This document shows, one piece after another, positions 30,928-41,137 of a stretch of DNA of 64,000 bases. Position 1 is the first letter of the stretch. The number at the start of each line of letters is the position of its first letter. Location of the stretch: the NCBI GenBank assembly GCA_028693355.1, contig JAQUVM010000002.1, positions 7,418 to 71,417 of the forward strand. Reading direction: 5' to 3'. The notes under the pieces were generated by a model. That model worked only from the letters and a program-made list of their open reading frames with translations, ran no database searches and was not told where the DNA came from. The DNA is from Burkholderiales bacterium (GTDB lineage Bacteria; Pseudomonadota; Gammaproteobacteria; Burkholderiales; UBA11063). Made by a program: the position numbers and the translations under genes.

Positions 30928-31518
30928 ATGAAATATAACAGTGGATTTACTATTTGGGAGCTGGTGATAGTTGTATCTATAATTGCAATTTTATCTAACT
31001 TAGCAATACCAATGATGAGAGATCATATGTTTGAGTTACAAAGCCGATCAATTGCAACTGAAATTGAGGATGGTTTTAGATTTGCTCGTGCAGAGTCATT
31101 AAGATTGGGCATGCCAATTAGTATATGTGCTGCAAAGATAAGCATTAATAATGTCTTACATGGATGCAATGCTAAAGCTAGAAATAAAGATTGGAGCTCA
31201 GGAATGCTAGCATTTATTAATAAGGATAATTTATTTAAATATGACCCAGAAAATAGGGTTCGTTATGCATTATTTGAGAATGGACTAATCAGTAACATAA
31301 ATATTATTAGTAATAATGCCTATTATATAGTCTATCCAGACTCTATTATTGATAGTAATAAAGATGATGATATAAATTATTATTGCTTTTGGTTTAGTCA
31401 AAAAGCAATGAAACCTAGATTTAAAAATATTCTTGTTATTAATCAGTATGGCGTTAGTAATTTTTGTACAGCAAGTGCAAGTGATTTTCAAAATTGTGCA
31501 AAATTGTGCGCTCGATGA
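30928..31518 (+). CDS. fimT: Type IV minor pilin FimT/GspH-like (start probably ATG 30928)
   Basis: Class III signal SG|FTIWE; FARAESLRLGMPISIC; DWSSGML. Confidence 0.8.
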   Translation: MKYNSGFTIWELVIVVSIIAILSNLAIPMMRDHMFELQSRSIATEIEDGFRFARAESLRLGMPISICAAKISINNVLHGCNAKARNKDWSSGMLAFINKDNLFKYDPENRVRYALFENGLISNINIISNNAYYIVYPDSIIDSNKDDDINYYCFWFSQKAMKPRFKNILVINQYGVSNFCTASASDFQNCAKLCAR

Positions 31519-32054
31519 GATTTAATGGTGGGTTTTCGATCTTGGAAGTTATAATTGCAATGAGTATAGCTATACTTATAAGTTTAGCTGTGCTTAAGTT
31601 ACAATATATAACAATCTCTAACTCTCGGCAATCTTTGGTAAGACAGAAAGTTATGATTTATGCTAATAGTATGATAAATCAATTAAGAGTAGTATCGCAA
31701 AATCATAATCAAACATATTTTCCATTTACTGATAATTTTTATACTAAATATTCTGATAGTTCTGTTAAATGTGCTCAATCATTGTGCAGTAAAGAAGAGT
31801 TTATGTATTATATAATAAATGAATGGAAAATGGATATGGCTTTTGATGATGAATTATCAAACGTTAATATAAAAGCCATAGTTTGTCATGACTCCTTATT
31901 ACATATACCAACAATTGACTCACCAAATTGTGATGGTAATATAAATTCTTCATTATTTTTGAAGGTTATTTGGGATATCAAAGGCGATGAATTAATTAAT
32001 AAAGCGCTAATTATGCGGGATAATTATATAGTGCTTCGAGTACCAGCTAAATGA
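31515..32054 (+). CDS. pilV: Type IV minor pilin PilV-like (start probably ATG 31515)
   Basis: GG|FSILEVIIAM prepilin motif; second in cluster. Confidence 0.75.
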   Translation: MRFNGGFSILEVIIAMSIAILISLAVLKLQYITISNSRQSLVRQKVMIYANSMINQLRVVSQNHNQTYFPFTDNFYTKYSDSSVKCAQSLCSKEEFMYYIINEWKMDMAFDDELSNVNIKAIVCHDSLLHIPTIDSPNCDGNINSSLFLKVIWDIKGDELINKALIMRDNYIVLRVPAK

Positions 32055-33145
32055 ATAATAAATTAGGATTTAGCATTTTAGAGTTTATGATTGCACTATG
32101 TATTGGTGCAACTATTTGTACATTAATCCTTATAGCCTATAGTGAAACTTATAAAACTTATCTTACTAATATCAAGTTATTAACTCGAAATCAAGATTTA
32201 TATTTAGCTATGCACGTTATTAAAAATGACGTTATAAAGTCTGGAAAATTTGGGGATTTTAATTTTCATTACCAAAACGATAACTTATATCAAGTAAGTA
32301 GTACTTCTAGTCCTTTATGCAGTAATAGTAAATTCTGTGAGTTAACTCCTAATGGAGTTGGTATTAGCAGTAGTTTATCTGACCTTGATAATATTAGTGA
32401 TGTTTTAGTATTGACAAATGATAGTGATATCTTAAAATTGCAATTTGGTACCAATGATGTAAAATTAATTTTTAAAGAAAAGAATACTTCATGTCAATTA
32501 GGCAAAAGTTGTTTGATAAATAAATGTAATGATGAATATTATTTAAATAATTTATACTTTAGTGATGGAGGTTTGGATAAGTTATCCTCTGTTTATATGT
32601 TGAGTTCTGTAAGTAGAACCTATTTACTCAAGTTTTCTGACACAAATAATGTCAGATACGACGGTAATAAATTTAATCTTAAATTGACATTAAATGGTTG
32701 TCCAAAGCAAGATCAGCCATTTATTAAAGTATTAGCATCGGCAAAATTAAAAGATGACATTATAATTCCACATAATGCTTTTGATCCTGATATTCAGACT
32801 ATTAGTTTAAGTAATTTTAACACCACATATTATTTTGTTGCTTATGGTGATGATGATAAGTCAGGGCTTTACAAGGTGCAATTAGAGAATACAGGTACAT
32901 TATCTAAACCTGAATTAGTTTTAGATGATGTGATTAAGTTAAAGGTCAATTATATTTTAGGCTTTATGAAACTAGATAAAAATGGTAATAAAATAGATGA
33001 GTTTATGGTGTGTAGTACCAGCAATATGCTTGCAAATGATAGTATGTGTAGTAACGGTTGGGATAGAGTTCTTGCCGCGAAGATTAGTTTGATTGCTAAA
33101 CATAATAATATTGTCTATCAAACAACAGAAACGATTAGTTGGTAG
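32051..33145 (+). CDS. pilW: Type IV minor pilin PilW-like
   Basis: LG|FSILEFMIAL; third in cluster; 364 aa. Confidence 0.75.
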   Translation: MNNKLGFSILEFMIALCIGATICTLILIAYSETYKTYLTNIKLLTRNQDLYLAMHVIKNDVIKSGKFGDFNFHYQNDNLYQVSSTSSPLCSNSKFCELTPNGVGISSSLSDLDNISDVLVLTNDSDILKLQFGTNDVKLIFKEKNTSCQLGKSCLINKCNDEYYLNNLYFSDGGLDKLSSVYMLSSVSRTYLLKFSDTNNVRYDGNKFNLKLTLNGCPKQDQPFIKVLASAKLKDDIIIPHNAFDPDIQTISLSNFNTTYYFVAYGDDDKSGLYKVQLENTGTLSKPELVLDDVIKLKVNYILGFMKLDKNGNKIDEFMVCSTSNMLANDSMCSNGWDRVLAAKISLIAKHNNIVYQTTETISW

Positions 33146-33148
33146 CAA

Positions 33149-34096
33149 ATGATTTGTAAACATAAAGGATACGTGCTACCAGTAGTTTTAATGTGCTCCA
33201 CGTTGATGATAATATTAGCATCTTCTACTTCTAAAATATTAATTGGACATCAAAAATCTGTTAATGGTTATGTAGATAATAAATTAGCCGAGATGTATGC
33301 TTATGAAACAATTAAATATGCTGAATCATATGTATATGAATTTGATTTGAAATATAATTTAGAAAGCCCTGTTATTTCATGTGATGGAGCAGCAAGCAAG
33401 CTAAATGTCTCTAGAGGTCAATTAGCCAATGCGGATTGTTTAAATATAAGGCGATTGGTTACGTTAGATAAAAGTATAAATCAAACAATAGATAGTGGAA
33501 GTTGTCAAAATGGATTTTGTTATAAACCAATTGAAAAGAATATATATTTAGCAAATAACAGTTTTAATTCTGATTATAGTTGGCAACCTTGGAAATTATT
33601 ACCATCGGTAATGCAAAAAGTTACTCAACCTTGTAATAGTTATATTTTTAAATCTGCAGATAAGCTGATTCCATTGGTTGATGATAGAGCAAGTAATTAC
33701 AGTATTCTTTACCCAGTTAATGATGAATCTTTATGCACGTATCCACGATTTATTTTTGAAGCAATTAATTTAGACTATCGCGGAGTTTATCAAAATGATG
33801 AAAATAGTGAGCATGATATATATTACTTAAATCAATCACGTAATCATGATGATTTAATTATATATAAATCAAAACGAGATATTGATGATTTGGATAGTAT
33901 ACTAATTAATTCAGCACGTTTATATCGGATAACAGTTGTTGCGTTTGGTAGAAGCGGTGATACTAGAGTTTTATTGCAGGAAATTATTATGATAAATAAT
34001 CATAACACTATAAATTCAAGGACTTTGGGTGATAGCGAAGATAAACGACACAATAGAATTATAAGGTTATCAACGAGATTATTCAATGATGAATAA
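33149..34096 (+). CDS. pilX: Type IV minor pilin PilX/GspK-like
   Basis: KG|YVLPVVL lacking Glu5, typical of PilX; PRFIFE and YRITVVAFG C-terminal motifs. Confidence 0.75.
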   Translation: MICKHKGYVLPVVLMCSTLMIILASSTSKILIGHQKSVNGYVDNKLAEMYAYETIKYAESYVYEFDLKYNLESPVISCDGAASKLNVSRGQLANADCLNIRRLVTLDKSINQTIDSGSCQNGFCYKPIEKNIYLANNSFNSDYSWQPWKLLPSVMQKVTQPCNSYIFKSADKLIPLVDDRASNYSILYPVNDESLCTYPRFIFEAINLDYRGVYQNDENSEHDIYYLNQSRNHDDLIIYKSKRDIDDLDSILINSARLYRITVVAFGRSGDTRVLLQEIIMINNHNTINSRTLGDSEDKRHNRIIRLSTRLFNDE

Positions 34097-34550
34097 AGCA
34101 AATTATCATGGATTTACATTGCTTGAAATTTTAATAGCATTGTGTATTTTGTCTATGATTATTTCACTATCATCACCAAGCTTTACTAATTACTTATGGA
34201 AGACTAAAATAAAAGGCACAAGTCTTACAATGATGGCGAATGCGCAATTTTTAGAGCGTTGGAAATCCTCTCATGGCACTTATACTGACATAAGTGGCAA
34301 CTGCCCCGTTTTTCCATATCCACTTTATCCTGACAGTAAGAATGATGCCGCATACGCTATTGATTCGCAAAAATCTAAGTGTTCTGTTAAACATTATATA
34401 ATCAGAGCATTGCCAGTTTGTCATAAAGCTAGGTTAGAGAATGGAAATTATCAATGTTTATGCCTTAGCTCTGGTGATAGTATTAATGAATTTGCAAATT
34501 TTAAATGTATCAATAATAAAGGTATTTGTGATTGTATTCATTTGAAATAA
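34086..34550 (+). CDS. pilE: Type IV minor pilin PilE-like
   Basis: HG|FTLLEILIAL; SPSFTNY; AQFLERWKSSHGTY. Confidence 0.78.
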   Translation: MMNKANYHGFTLLEILIALCILSMIISLSSPSFTNYLWKTKIKGTSLTMMANAQFLERWKSSHGTYTDISGNCPVFPYPLYPDSKNDAAYAIDSQKSKCSVKHYIIRALPVCHKARLENGNYQCLCLSSGDSINEFANFKCINNKGICDCIHLK

Positions 34551-34687
34551 TAGCTGTTTTTCCATTGTTTTAAAAACTGTTATATTGGATTGAGATTTTT
34601 TATTTTATAATAAATGCGAAAATATTCTAACAAATATTCAAAAAAGTGTATAATAGAGTGAAAGTAGCTATTTTATGGAGAAAAACT

Positions 34688-35212
34688 ATTAGCGCTGATA
34701 AACAAACTCGTATTAATGGTGCAATTAGTGTACCAGAGGTTCGTCTAGTAATAGATGAGACTAGTGAACAGCTTGGTGTAGTTAGCATTGGCGATGCTAT
34801 GAGAAAAGCTCAAGAATTAGAATTGGATTTGGTTGAGATTTCACCGAATGCTAATCCACCAGTATGTAAAATCATGGATTTTGGTAAGTTTAAATACCAT
34901 GAGCAAAAGAAAGCTCATGCTGCTAAACAAAATCAAAAGCAAGTCCAAGTTAAGGAAATAAAATTACGCCCTGTAACTGATGATCATGATTATCAAATTA
35001 AATTAAAAAATGCTAAGCGATTTTTGGAAGATGGCGATAAAGTTAAATTTATTGTACAGTTCCGTGGACGTGAGATGGCGCATCAAGAATTAGGGTTGCG
35101 TTATTTGCAGAAAGCTGAGCAAGATTTGTTAGATTTGGTGGTGGTTGAATCTAAGCCAAAAGTAGAAGGTCGTAACGCTATAATGATAGTGTCACCTAAG
35201 AAGAAAAAATAA
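34688..35212 (+). CDS. infC: Translation initiation factor IF-3, ATT start codon
   Basis: GGAG (34677-34680) 7 nt before in-frame ATT; RINGAI..PEVRL; LDLVEISP; PPVCKIMDFGKFKY; VKEIKLRP; FRGREM. Confidence 0.96.
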   Translation: MSADKQTRINGAISVPEVRLVIDETSEQLGVVSIGDAMRKAQELELDLVEISPNANPPVCKIMDFGKFKYHEQKKAHAAKQNQKQVQVKEIKLRPVTDDHDYQIKLKNAKRFLEDGDKVKFIVQFRGREMAHQELGLRYLQKAEQDLLDLVVVESKPKVEGRNAIMIVSPKKKK

Positions 35213-35239
35213 TAAAAGCGCCTTTAAGGCGCTTTTATT
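35211..35239. terminator. Intrinsic terminator directly after infC
   Basis: Perfect 13-bp stem aataaaagcgcct/aggcgcttttatt. Confidence 0.85.
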
Positions 35240-35704
35240 CATGTCTATATGCATAGTGATTCTAGTTAGAAAAACTAGTGATTACTAATGTAATTCTATG
35301 TATAAATTATCTTTATACATAATGAAAAAAGCATCTTTTATTATTAGTATCTAAATATAAAATACTGTGTACCTATGGAAGTTATATCGCATAGTGACCA
35401 TTATTGTTGATAAATTTTTCAAAAATTTATTCGCAAGTTAATTATTTCTTATTACTTTTATCGCATTAATCATTTTAAAATTTACAAGAGTCATTCATAT
35501 ATTAAATTATGTAGTCATTATGGCTAAAGTACATTATTTAAATGATATGATTGTAGTGCTGTTTTATAGCACGAATTGTGTTTGATTTTATTCGTGCTCG
35601 GCAATTACGTTGTTTTTTGTAACGTTAGTTGTGTTGTAGGTGGCTTCTATGCCGCGGCGCACAATCTAAATGTGTATTTAATGATAATTCATTGTTGTAC
35701 TTTA

Positions 35705-35713
35705 TGTTAGAAT
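35705..35713 (+). promoter_or_regulatory. Extended -10 of the fad cluster; downstream palindrome ttaagaa-t-ttcttaa (35734-35748) is a possible operator
   Basis: TGTTAGAAT 51 bp upstream of ATG 35765. Confidence 0.45.
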
Positions 35714-35764
35714 ATGACACATTGAAACGTCAATTAAGAATTTCTTAACTCAGTGAGGTATATA

Positions 35765-38122
35765 ATGCAGAAAAAGATTTACTTTCGGAAAGTCGCGGTA
35801 CTAGGGTCTGGTGTTATGGGTGCACAGATAGCTGCACACTTTGCTAATGCTTTAGTTCCTGTTGTCTTGTTTGATTTAAAATCAAACACAGGCGCACCAA
35901 ATTCTATTTTAGATAACTCTATGAAGAATTTGAAAAAGTTGAAGCCAAATCCGGCGTCAGCTTCAAATACATTATCAATGATTGAATTAGCAAATTATGA
36001 TGATAATTTGGACAAGTTAAAAGATTGTGATTTAGTTATTGAAGCAATTGCTGAACGCATGGATTGGAAAATTGCTTTATTTGAAAAAATTGAAAAATCT
36101 TTAGCTGAAGGTGCTATTTTAGCTACAAACTCTTCAGGTCTAAGTATTAATAAATTAACTGAAGGGCTTCCAGCAAGTCTTAAATCTAATTTTTGTGGTA
36201 TTCACTTTTTTAATCCTCCTCGTTATATGCCATTGGTTGAGCTTATTCCTCACCATGGTACTGATAAATCAGTTGTAGATAAATTAGAGAGTTATTTAGT
36301 TACTAATTTAGGTAAAACAGTAGTTATTGCTCGTGATACACCAAACTTTATTGCAAACCGTATCGGTTGCTTCTCACTTTTAGCTGTTTTAAAACATGCT
36401 GAACAATTAGGAATCCCTTTTGAAGTAGTTGATCAAATTACTGGTAAAAATTTAGGGCGTGCAAAATCTGCAACATTCCGTACAGCTGATGTAGTTGGTT
36501 TAGATACTTTCAAACATGTAGTTAAAACTATGGAAGATTTGTGTAAAGATGGTTTTGAGTCTTATTATACATTACCTACATGGTACAATTTTTTGATTGA
36601 AAATAATTTATTAGGTCAAAAAACTAAAGCAGGATTCTTTAAAAAAGAAAAAGATGGTATCAAAGTTTTAGATATCGCAACACATAGCTACCGTCCAGCA
36701 GATAAAAAAGCAGATCAAGCAATTCTTGATAGTCTAAAAATTAAATCTTGGGCTGATCGTTTTGATGCTTGGCGTAATTCTGATAAAGCTGAAGGTCAAT
36801 TTTTATGGGCTACATTTAGAGATTTATTCCATTATTCAGCTGTATTAATGGGTGATATTACTGATAGTGTTCGTGACATTGATGTAGCAATACGATCTGG
36901 TTTTGGTTGGAAAGAGGGCGTATTTGAAATTTGGCAATTAGCAGGTTTTAGTAAAGTTGCAAATTGGATTAAAGAAGATATTGAAGCAGGAAAAACAGAA
37001 TCAAAAGTTGCATTACCTAGTTGGGTATTTACACATGATAAAGTATACGGTGATAATAGCCATTTTAATTTTGCTAAAAATGAATTGGTACCAGTTAAAT
37101 TACACTCAGTATATAACCGCCAATTATTCCCGTTACGTTTATTGAATGAAACAGCTAATGTAACTAAACATGTATTATACGAAAATGATGGTGTAGTGTT
37201 ATGGACAACCGGCGATGATGTTGGTATCCTAAGCTTTAAATCAAAAATGTGTGCAATTGGTAAAGATGTACTAACTGGTATTTCTGAAGCAATCGATGTA
37301 GCTGTTGATAAATGTTCTTCTATGGTTATTTGGCAAGAAGCTGATGTATTCTCAGTTGGTGCAAATTTAGAAGAATTTGGTTTTTCAATCATGATGAATG
37401 GTAAAGAAGCTGTTGATGAAATTATTGGCTTAGGTCACCAAGTTGTAGCTCGTAAGTTACGTTATAGCCCTATTCCAGTAGTTGCAGCAGTTAAAGGATT
37501 TACATTCGGCGGCGGTTGTGAAATTATGTTACATTCTGATGCCGTAGTTGCTGCGTTAGAATCATATATAGGTCTAGTTGAAGCTGGCGTTGGTTTACTA
37601 CCAGGTTGGGGTGGGTCTAAAGAAATGGCATTACGTGCCGCTGCTCATTCTCATAGTTGGGATGATTTTGCTAAACGTTATCAAAATCTTGCAATGGCAA
37701 AAGTTGCAACATCTGGTCGTGAAGCAAAAGAGATGGGCTTTTTACGCGAAAGCGATGATGTAGTAATGAATACTGCGGAAGTATTGTATGTTGCAAAACA
37801 AAAAGCAAAATTCTTAGCAGAAAAAGGTTATTTACCACCAGTTAAACCAGTGATTAAAGCATTTGGTATTCAAGGTATGGCAAATATTAGTGCGATGTTA
37901 GCAAACCTACACGCAGGTAATCAAATTTCTGATCATGATTTATTGATTGCTAAAAATTTGGCATACGTTATGTGTGGTGGTGCTGTTGATGAAGGAACTC
38001 CAATTAATGAAGATTGGTTATTAAAACTTGAGCATGAAAAATTCATTGAACTAGCTACTTCAGAAAAAACCGCAGACCGAATTCAGTATATGTTGGCAAA
38101 CGGTAAGCCATTACGTAATTAA
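35765..38122 (+). CDS. 3-hydroxyacyl-CoA dehydrogenase / enoyl-CoA hydratase (FadN-type domain order; start probably ATG 35765)
   Basis: VLGSGVMGAQIAAH; VIEAIAE; GIHFFNPPRYM; PNFIANRIG; C-terminal crotonase FGGGCE and GLVEAGVGLLPG. Confidence 0.95.
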   Translation: MQKKIYFRKVAVLGSGVMGAQIAAHFANALVPVVLFDLKSNTGAPNSILDNSMKNLKKLKPNPASASNTLSMIELANYDDNLDKLKDCDLVIEAIAERMDWKIALFEKIEKSLAEGAILATNSSGLSINKLTEGLPASLKSNFCGIHFFNPPRYMPLVELIPHHGTDKSVVDKLESYLVTNLGKTVVIARDTPNFIANRIGCFSLLAVLKHAEQLGIPFEVVDQITGKNLGRAKSATFRTADVVGLDTFKHVVKTMEDLCKDGFESYYTLPTWYNFLIENNLLGQKTKAGFFKKEKDGIKVLDIATHSYRPADKKADQAILDSLKIKSWADRFDAWRNSDKAEGQFLWATFRDLFHYSAVLMGDITDSVRDIDVAIRSGFGWKEGVFEIWQLAGFSKVANWIKEDIEAGKTESKVALPSWVFTHDKVYGDNSHFNFAKNELVPVKLHSVYNRQLFPLRLLNETANVTKHVLYENDGVVLWTTGDDVGILSFKSKMCAIGKDVLTGISEAIDVAVDKCSSMVIWQEADVFSVGANLEEFGFSIMMNGKEAVDEIIGLGHQVVARKLRYSPIPVVAAVKGFTFGGGCEIMLHSDAVVAALESYIGLVEAGVGLLPGWGGSKEMALRAAAHSHSWDDFAKRYQNLAMAKVATSGREAKEMGFLRESDDVVMNTAEVLYVAKQKAKFLAEKGYLPPVKPVIKAFGIQGMANISAMLANLHAGNQISDHDLLIAKNLAYVMCGGAVDEGTPINEDWLLKLEHEKFIELATSEKTADRIQYMLANGKPLRN

Positions 38123-38135
38123 TAAAGGAATATCT

Positions 38136-39320
38136 ATGAAAAATGTATATATAGTATCAGCACAACGTAGCCCTTTAACTAAAGCTAAACGTGGTGGATT
38201 AGCTAAGGTTCGTCCAGATGAACTATTAGCTAAAATTATTAAAAAATCAGTGGCTGACAGTAAAGTTAACCCTAATGATATTGAAGATGTAGTTATAGGT
38301 TGTGCTTTTCCTGAGGGTGAGCAAGGTCTAAACATTGCTCGTATCTCAGCATTGTTGGCAGGTTTGCCAGATACAGCGCCAGGCATTACAATTAACCGTT
38401 ACTGTAGTTCTGGATTAAATTCTATTGCTATGGTAGCAAACCGCATTGCGGTAGGTGAAATTGATGTGGCTATAGCAGGTGGAGTTGAGTCTATGAGTAT
38501 GGTACCTATGATGGGTAATAAATTCTCAGTAAGCTCGCAAATCTTTGAAGATGAAGATAATGCTGGTTTAGCTTATGGTATGGGTATTACTGCGGAAAAA
38601 GTTGCACAGAAATGGAATATTTCTCGTATAGAGCAAGATACATTTGCTGCAGCTAGTCATGCTAGAGCATTTAAAGCTCAGCAAGATGGTACATTTAATG
38701 AAGAGATTGTACCAATTGATATTGATTCACATACGATAAATTATGCTACAGGTGAACTTGTTACTAAAACAAAAACTATTTCACAAGATGATGGAATTCG
38801 TTCAGAAACTACTGTAGAGTCTTTAGCTAAGTTAAGACCAGTTTTTGATACAAAGGGTTCTGTAACTGCTGGTAATAGCTCACAGATGACTGATGGTGCA
38901 GCAGCACTTGTTTTAGTTAGTGAAGACTATCTTAAAAAGCATAATTTGAAACCAATTGGACGTTTTGTAAGTTTTGCTGTAACTGGTTTAGCTCCTGAAA
39001 TTATGGGTGCAGGTCCAATTAAAGCAATTCCAAAAGTTTTAGAAAAAGCTGGTTTGAAACTTGAACAAATTGATTTGATTGAATTGAATGAGGCTTTTGC
39101 AGCTCAATCATTAGCAATTATTAAAGAGTTAGGCTTAAACCCAGATAAAATAAATCCAACTGGTGGAGCAATTTCAATGGGTCATCCATTGGGCGCAACA
39201 GGGGCTATCCTTTCTACTAAAATATTGCATGCATTAAAACGTACTGGCGGAAAATACGGTATTGTTAGTATGTGTATTGGTGGCGGTATGGGTGCTGCTG
39301 GTATATTAGAAGCTATATAA
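38136..39320 (+). CDS. fadA: Acetyl-CoA C-acyltransferase (thiolase)
   Basis: NRYCSSGL; NEAFA; GHPLGATG; MCIGGGMG. Confidence 0.96.
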   Translation: MKNVYIVSAQRSPLTKAKRGGLAKVRPDELLAKIIKKSVADSKVNPNDIEDVVIGCAFPEGEQGLNIARISALLAGLPDTAPGITINRYCSSGLNSIAMVANRIAVGEIDVAIAGGVESMSMVPMMGNKFSVSSQIFEDEDNAGLAYGMGITAEKVAQKWNISRIEQDTFAAASHARAFKAQQDGTFNEEIVPIDIDSHTINYATGELVTKTKTISQDDGIRSETTVESLAKLRPVFDTKGSVTAGNSSQMTDGAAALVLVSEDYLKKHNLKPIGRFVSFAVTGLAPEIMGAGPIKAIPKVLEKAGLKLEQIDLIELNEAFAAQSLAIIKELGLNPDKINPTGGAISMGHPLGATGAILSTKILHALKRTGGKYGIVSMCIGGGMGAAGILEAI

Positions 39321-39333
39321 TTAGTTTACGAAG

Positions 39334-39356
39334 TAGGGAGATTTAATGTCTCCCTA
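39334..39356 (+). other. Intercistronic hairpin without T-run
   Basis: tagggaga/tctcccta 8-bp stem between fadA and fadD. Confidence 0.45.
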
Positions 39357-39401
39357 TATGATAAATATCGGCTCAAAGAAAAATGTATATAAGGTCATCA
39401 A

Positions 39402-41063
39402 ATGGAAAAAATCTGGCTTAAGAATTATAAAGATGGTATTCCTCATGAAATTAGTTTAGCTCATAATTCAATGGGTGAATTATTTTTAGAGGCATGTGGT
39501 AAATATAAACATAAAAAAGCTGTTACTTGCCAAGGCTACTCTTTAACATTTGGTGAGCTTGAACACAAATCAAAAATATTTGCAAACGAATTAAAAAAAC
39601 TTGGGTTTGTAAAAGGTGATAGATTAGGTGTGATGTTACCAAACTCAGTACTATATCCTGTAGTTGTATTTGCAGCTCTACTTATGGGTGTAGTAGTGGT
39701 TAATGTTAACCCTCTGTACACTAAAGATGAATTAGAGTATATCATCCAAAATAGCGAACCAAAAGCTATAGTAGTTTTAGATGTATTAGCAGATAAAACA
39801 TCTGATTTGAAAAAGCTTGGTGTATCGCATATTATAAAAGCTAATATTGCTGATCCTTATGGGTTTGTCAAGCGTTTTATAATTAGTAATGTTCAAAAGT
39901 ATGTATTACGTACAATTCCAGCGATTAATCATGAGTGTTTATCGTTTAGGGATATGTATACTCAAGATGTAGAGATGAATTCTTTTGAGAAAGTTGATGT
40001 TGATTGTTTAGCATTTATTCAATATACAGGTGCAACAACTGGTCGTCCAAAAGGTGCGATGTTATCACATGGTAATATTTTATCAAATATAGCACAAATC
40101 TTTGGTGTGCTTGAACCACAAGTTCCTAGCTTGGATTCTCAAATTGTCATCTGTGCATTACCTTTGTATCATATATTTTCATTAACAGCGAATTTATTTA
40201 CATTTTGTTTACATGGTTCAGAAAATGTAATGATTCCAAATCCTAAAGATATAAAATCAATGGTGAAAGTAATGAATAGTACGCCATTTACTGTGTTTAA
40301 TGGTTTAGATACTCTTTATCATAAATTACTAGAAACGCCAGAGTTTGTAAATACTCCACACCCTGATTATAAATATGGTATTTCAGGTGGTATGGCAACT
40401 CGTCCATCTGTTGCTCTTGCTTGGTTTAAAGCAACTGGCACATACCCAACTAATTGTTATGGTTTGACAGAGACTTCCCCTGCAACTAATATGAGCTATT
40501 TTGATGATGAGTACAATGGAAGTGTTGGTTTACCTATACCATCAACGCACATTGAGATTAGAAATCAGAATGATTTAACTACATGTTTGGATATTAATGA
40601 AAATGGAGTAATTTTTATTAAAGGTCCTCAGGTTATGAGTGGCTATTGGCGTAATGAAGAGCAAACAAAAAAAGCCCTAGTTGATGGATGGTTAAATACT
40701 GGTGATGTTGGAAATATAAATGATAGAGGACAATTAACGATTACAAGTCGTGTATCTGAGTTAATTATTGTTTCTGGTTTTAATGTATATCCAGCAGAAG
40801 TTGAACGAGTGATTGATGAACTGCCTCAAGTTAAAGATGTAGCAGTGTTAGGTCGCCCTAGTGAATCCACAGGTGAGTGTGTGTATGCTTTTGTTTCTCG
40901 TAAAGAAGGAAGCACAATTACTGAAAAAGAAGTTTATCGTTATTGTAAACAGCATTTAACTAGATATAAATTACCAAAAGAAATTATTTTCTTGGATGAA
41001 TTGCCAAAAACATCAGTTGGTAAGAGTGATAAAAAGCGTATTGTTGCTGAATATTTTAAATAA
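39402..41063 (+). CDS. fadD: Long-chain fatty acid-CoA ligase
   Basis: VNVNPLYT; QYTGATTGRPKG; LPLYHIFSL; YGLTETSP; TGDVG; SGFNVYP. Confidence 0.9.
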   Translation: MEKIWLKNYKDGIPHEISLAHNSMGELFLEACGKYKHKKAVTCQGYSLTFGELEHKSKIFANELKKLGFVKGDRLGVMLPNSVLYPVVVFAALLMGVVVVNVNPLYTKDELEYIIQNSEPKAIVVLDVLADKTSDLKKLGVSHIIKANIADPYGFVKRFIISNVQKYVLRTIPAINHECLSFRDMYTQDVEMNSFEKVDVDCLAFIQYTGATTGRPKGAMLSHGNILSNIAQIFGVLEPQVPSLDSQIVICALPLYHIFSLTANLFTFCLHGSENVMIPNPKDIKSMVKVMNSTPFTVFNGLDTLYHKLLETPEFVNTPHPDYKYGISGGMATRPSVALAWFKATGTYPTNCYGLTETSPATNMSYFDDEYNGSVGLPIPSTHIEIRNQNDLTTCLDINENGVIFIKGPQVMSGYWRNEEQTKKALVDGWLNTGDVGNINDRGQLTITSRVSELIIVSGFNVYPAEVERVIDELPQVKDVAVLGRPSESTGECVYAFVSRKEGSTITEKEVYRYCKQHLTRYKLPKEIIFLDELPKTSVGKSDKKRIVAEYFK

Positions 41064-41083
41064 TATTAATTTATAAAAAATAG

Positions 41084-41114
41084 AAAACCTAACTTATATT
41101 TAAAGTTAGGTTTT
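41084..41114. terminator. Bidirectional terminator between convergent genes
   Basis: aaaacctaactt/aagttaggtttt 12-bp stem with A- and T-runs. Confidence 0.8.
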
Positions 41115-41137
41115 TTATTTTTTAATGGATTTAACTA

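Noticed and set aside
34646-34687. ORF-track GTG start for infC
   Set aside because: Overlaps the -10 and RBS; GGAG-N7-ATT fits the known IF3 start
36832-37392. 186-aa antisense ORF in the FadN-type gene (likewise 45893-46387, 60780-61112, 8170-8430 and other short shadow ORFs)
   Set aside because: Antisense or off-frame shadows of well-supported genes, with no RBS or domain evidence
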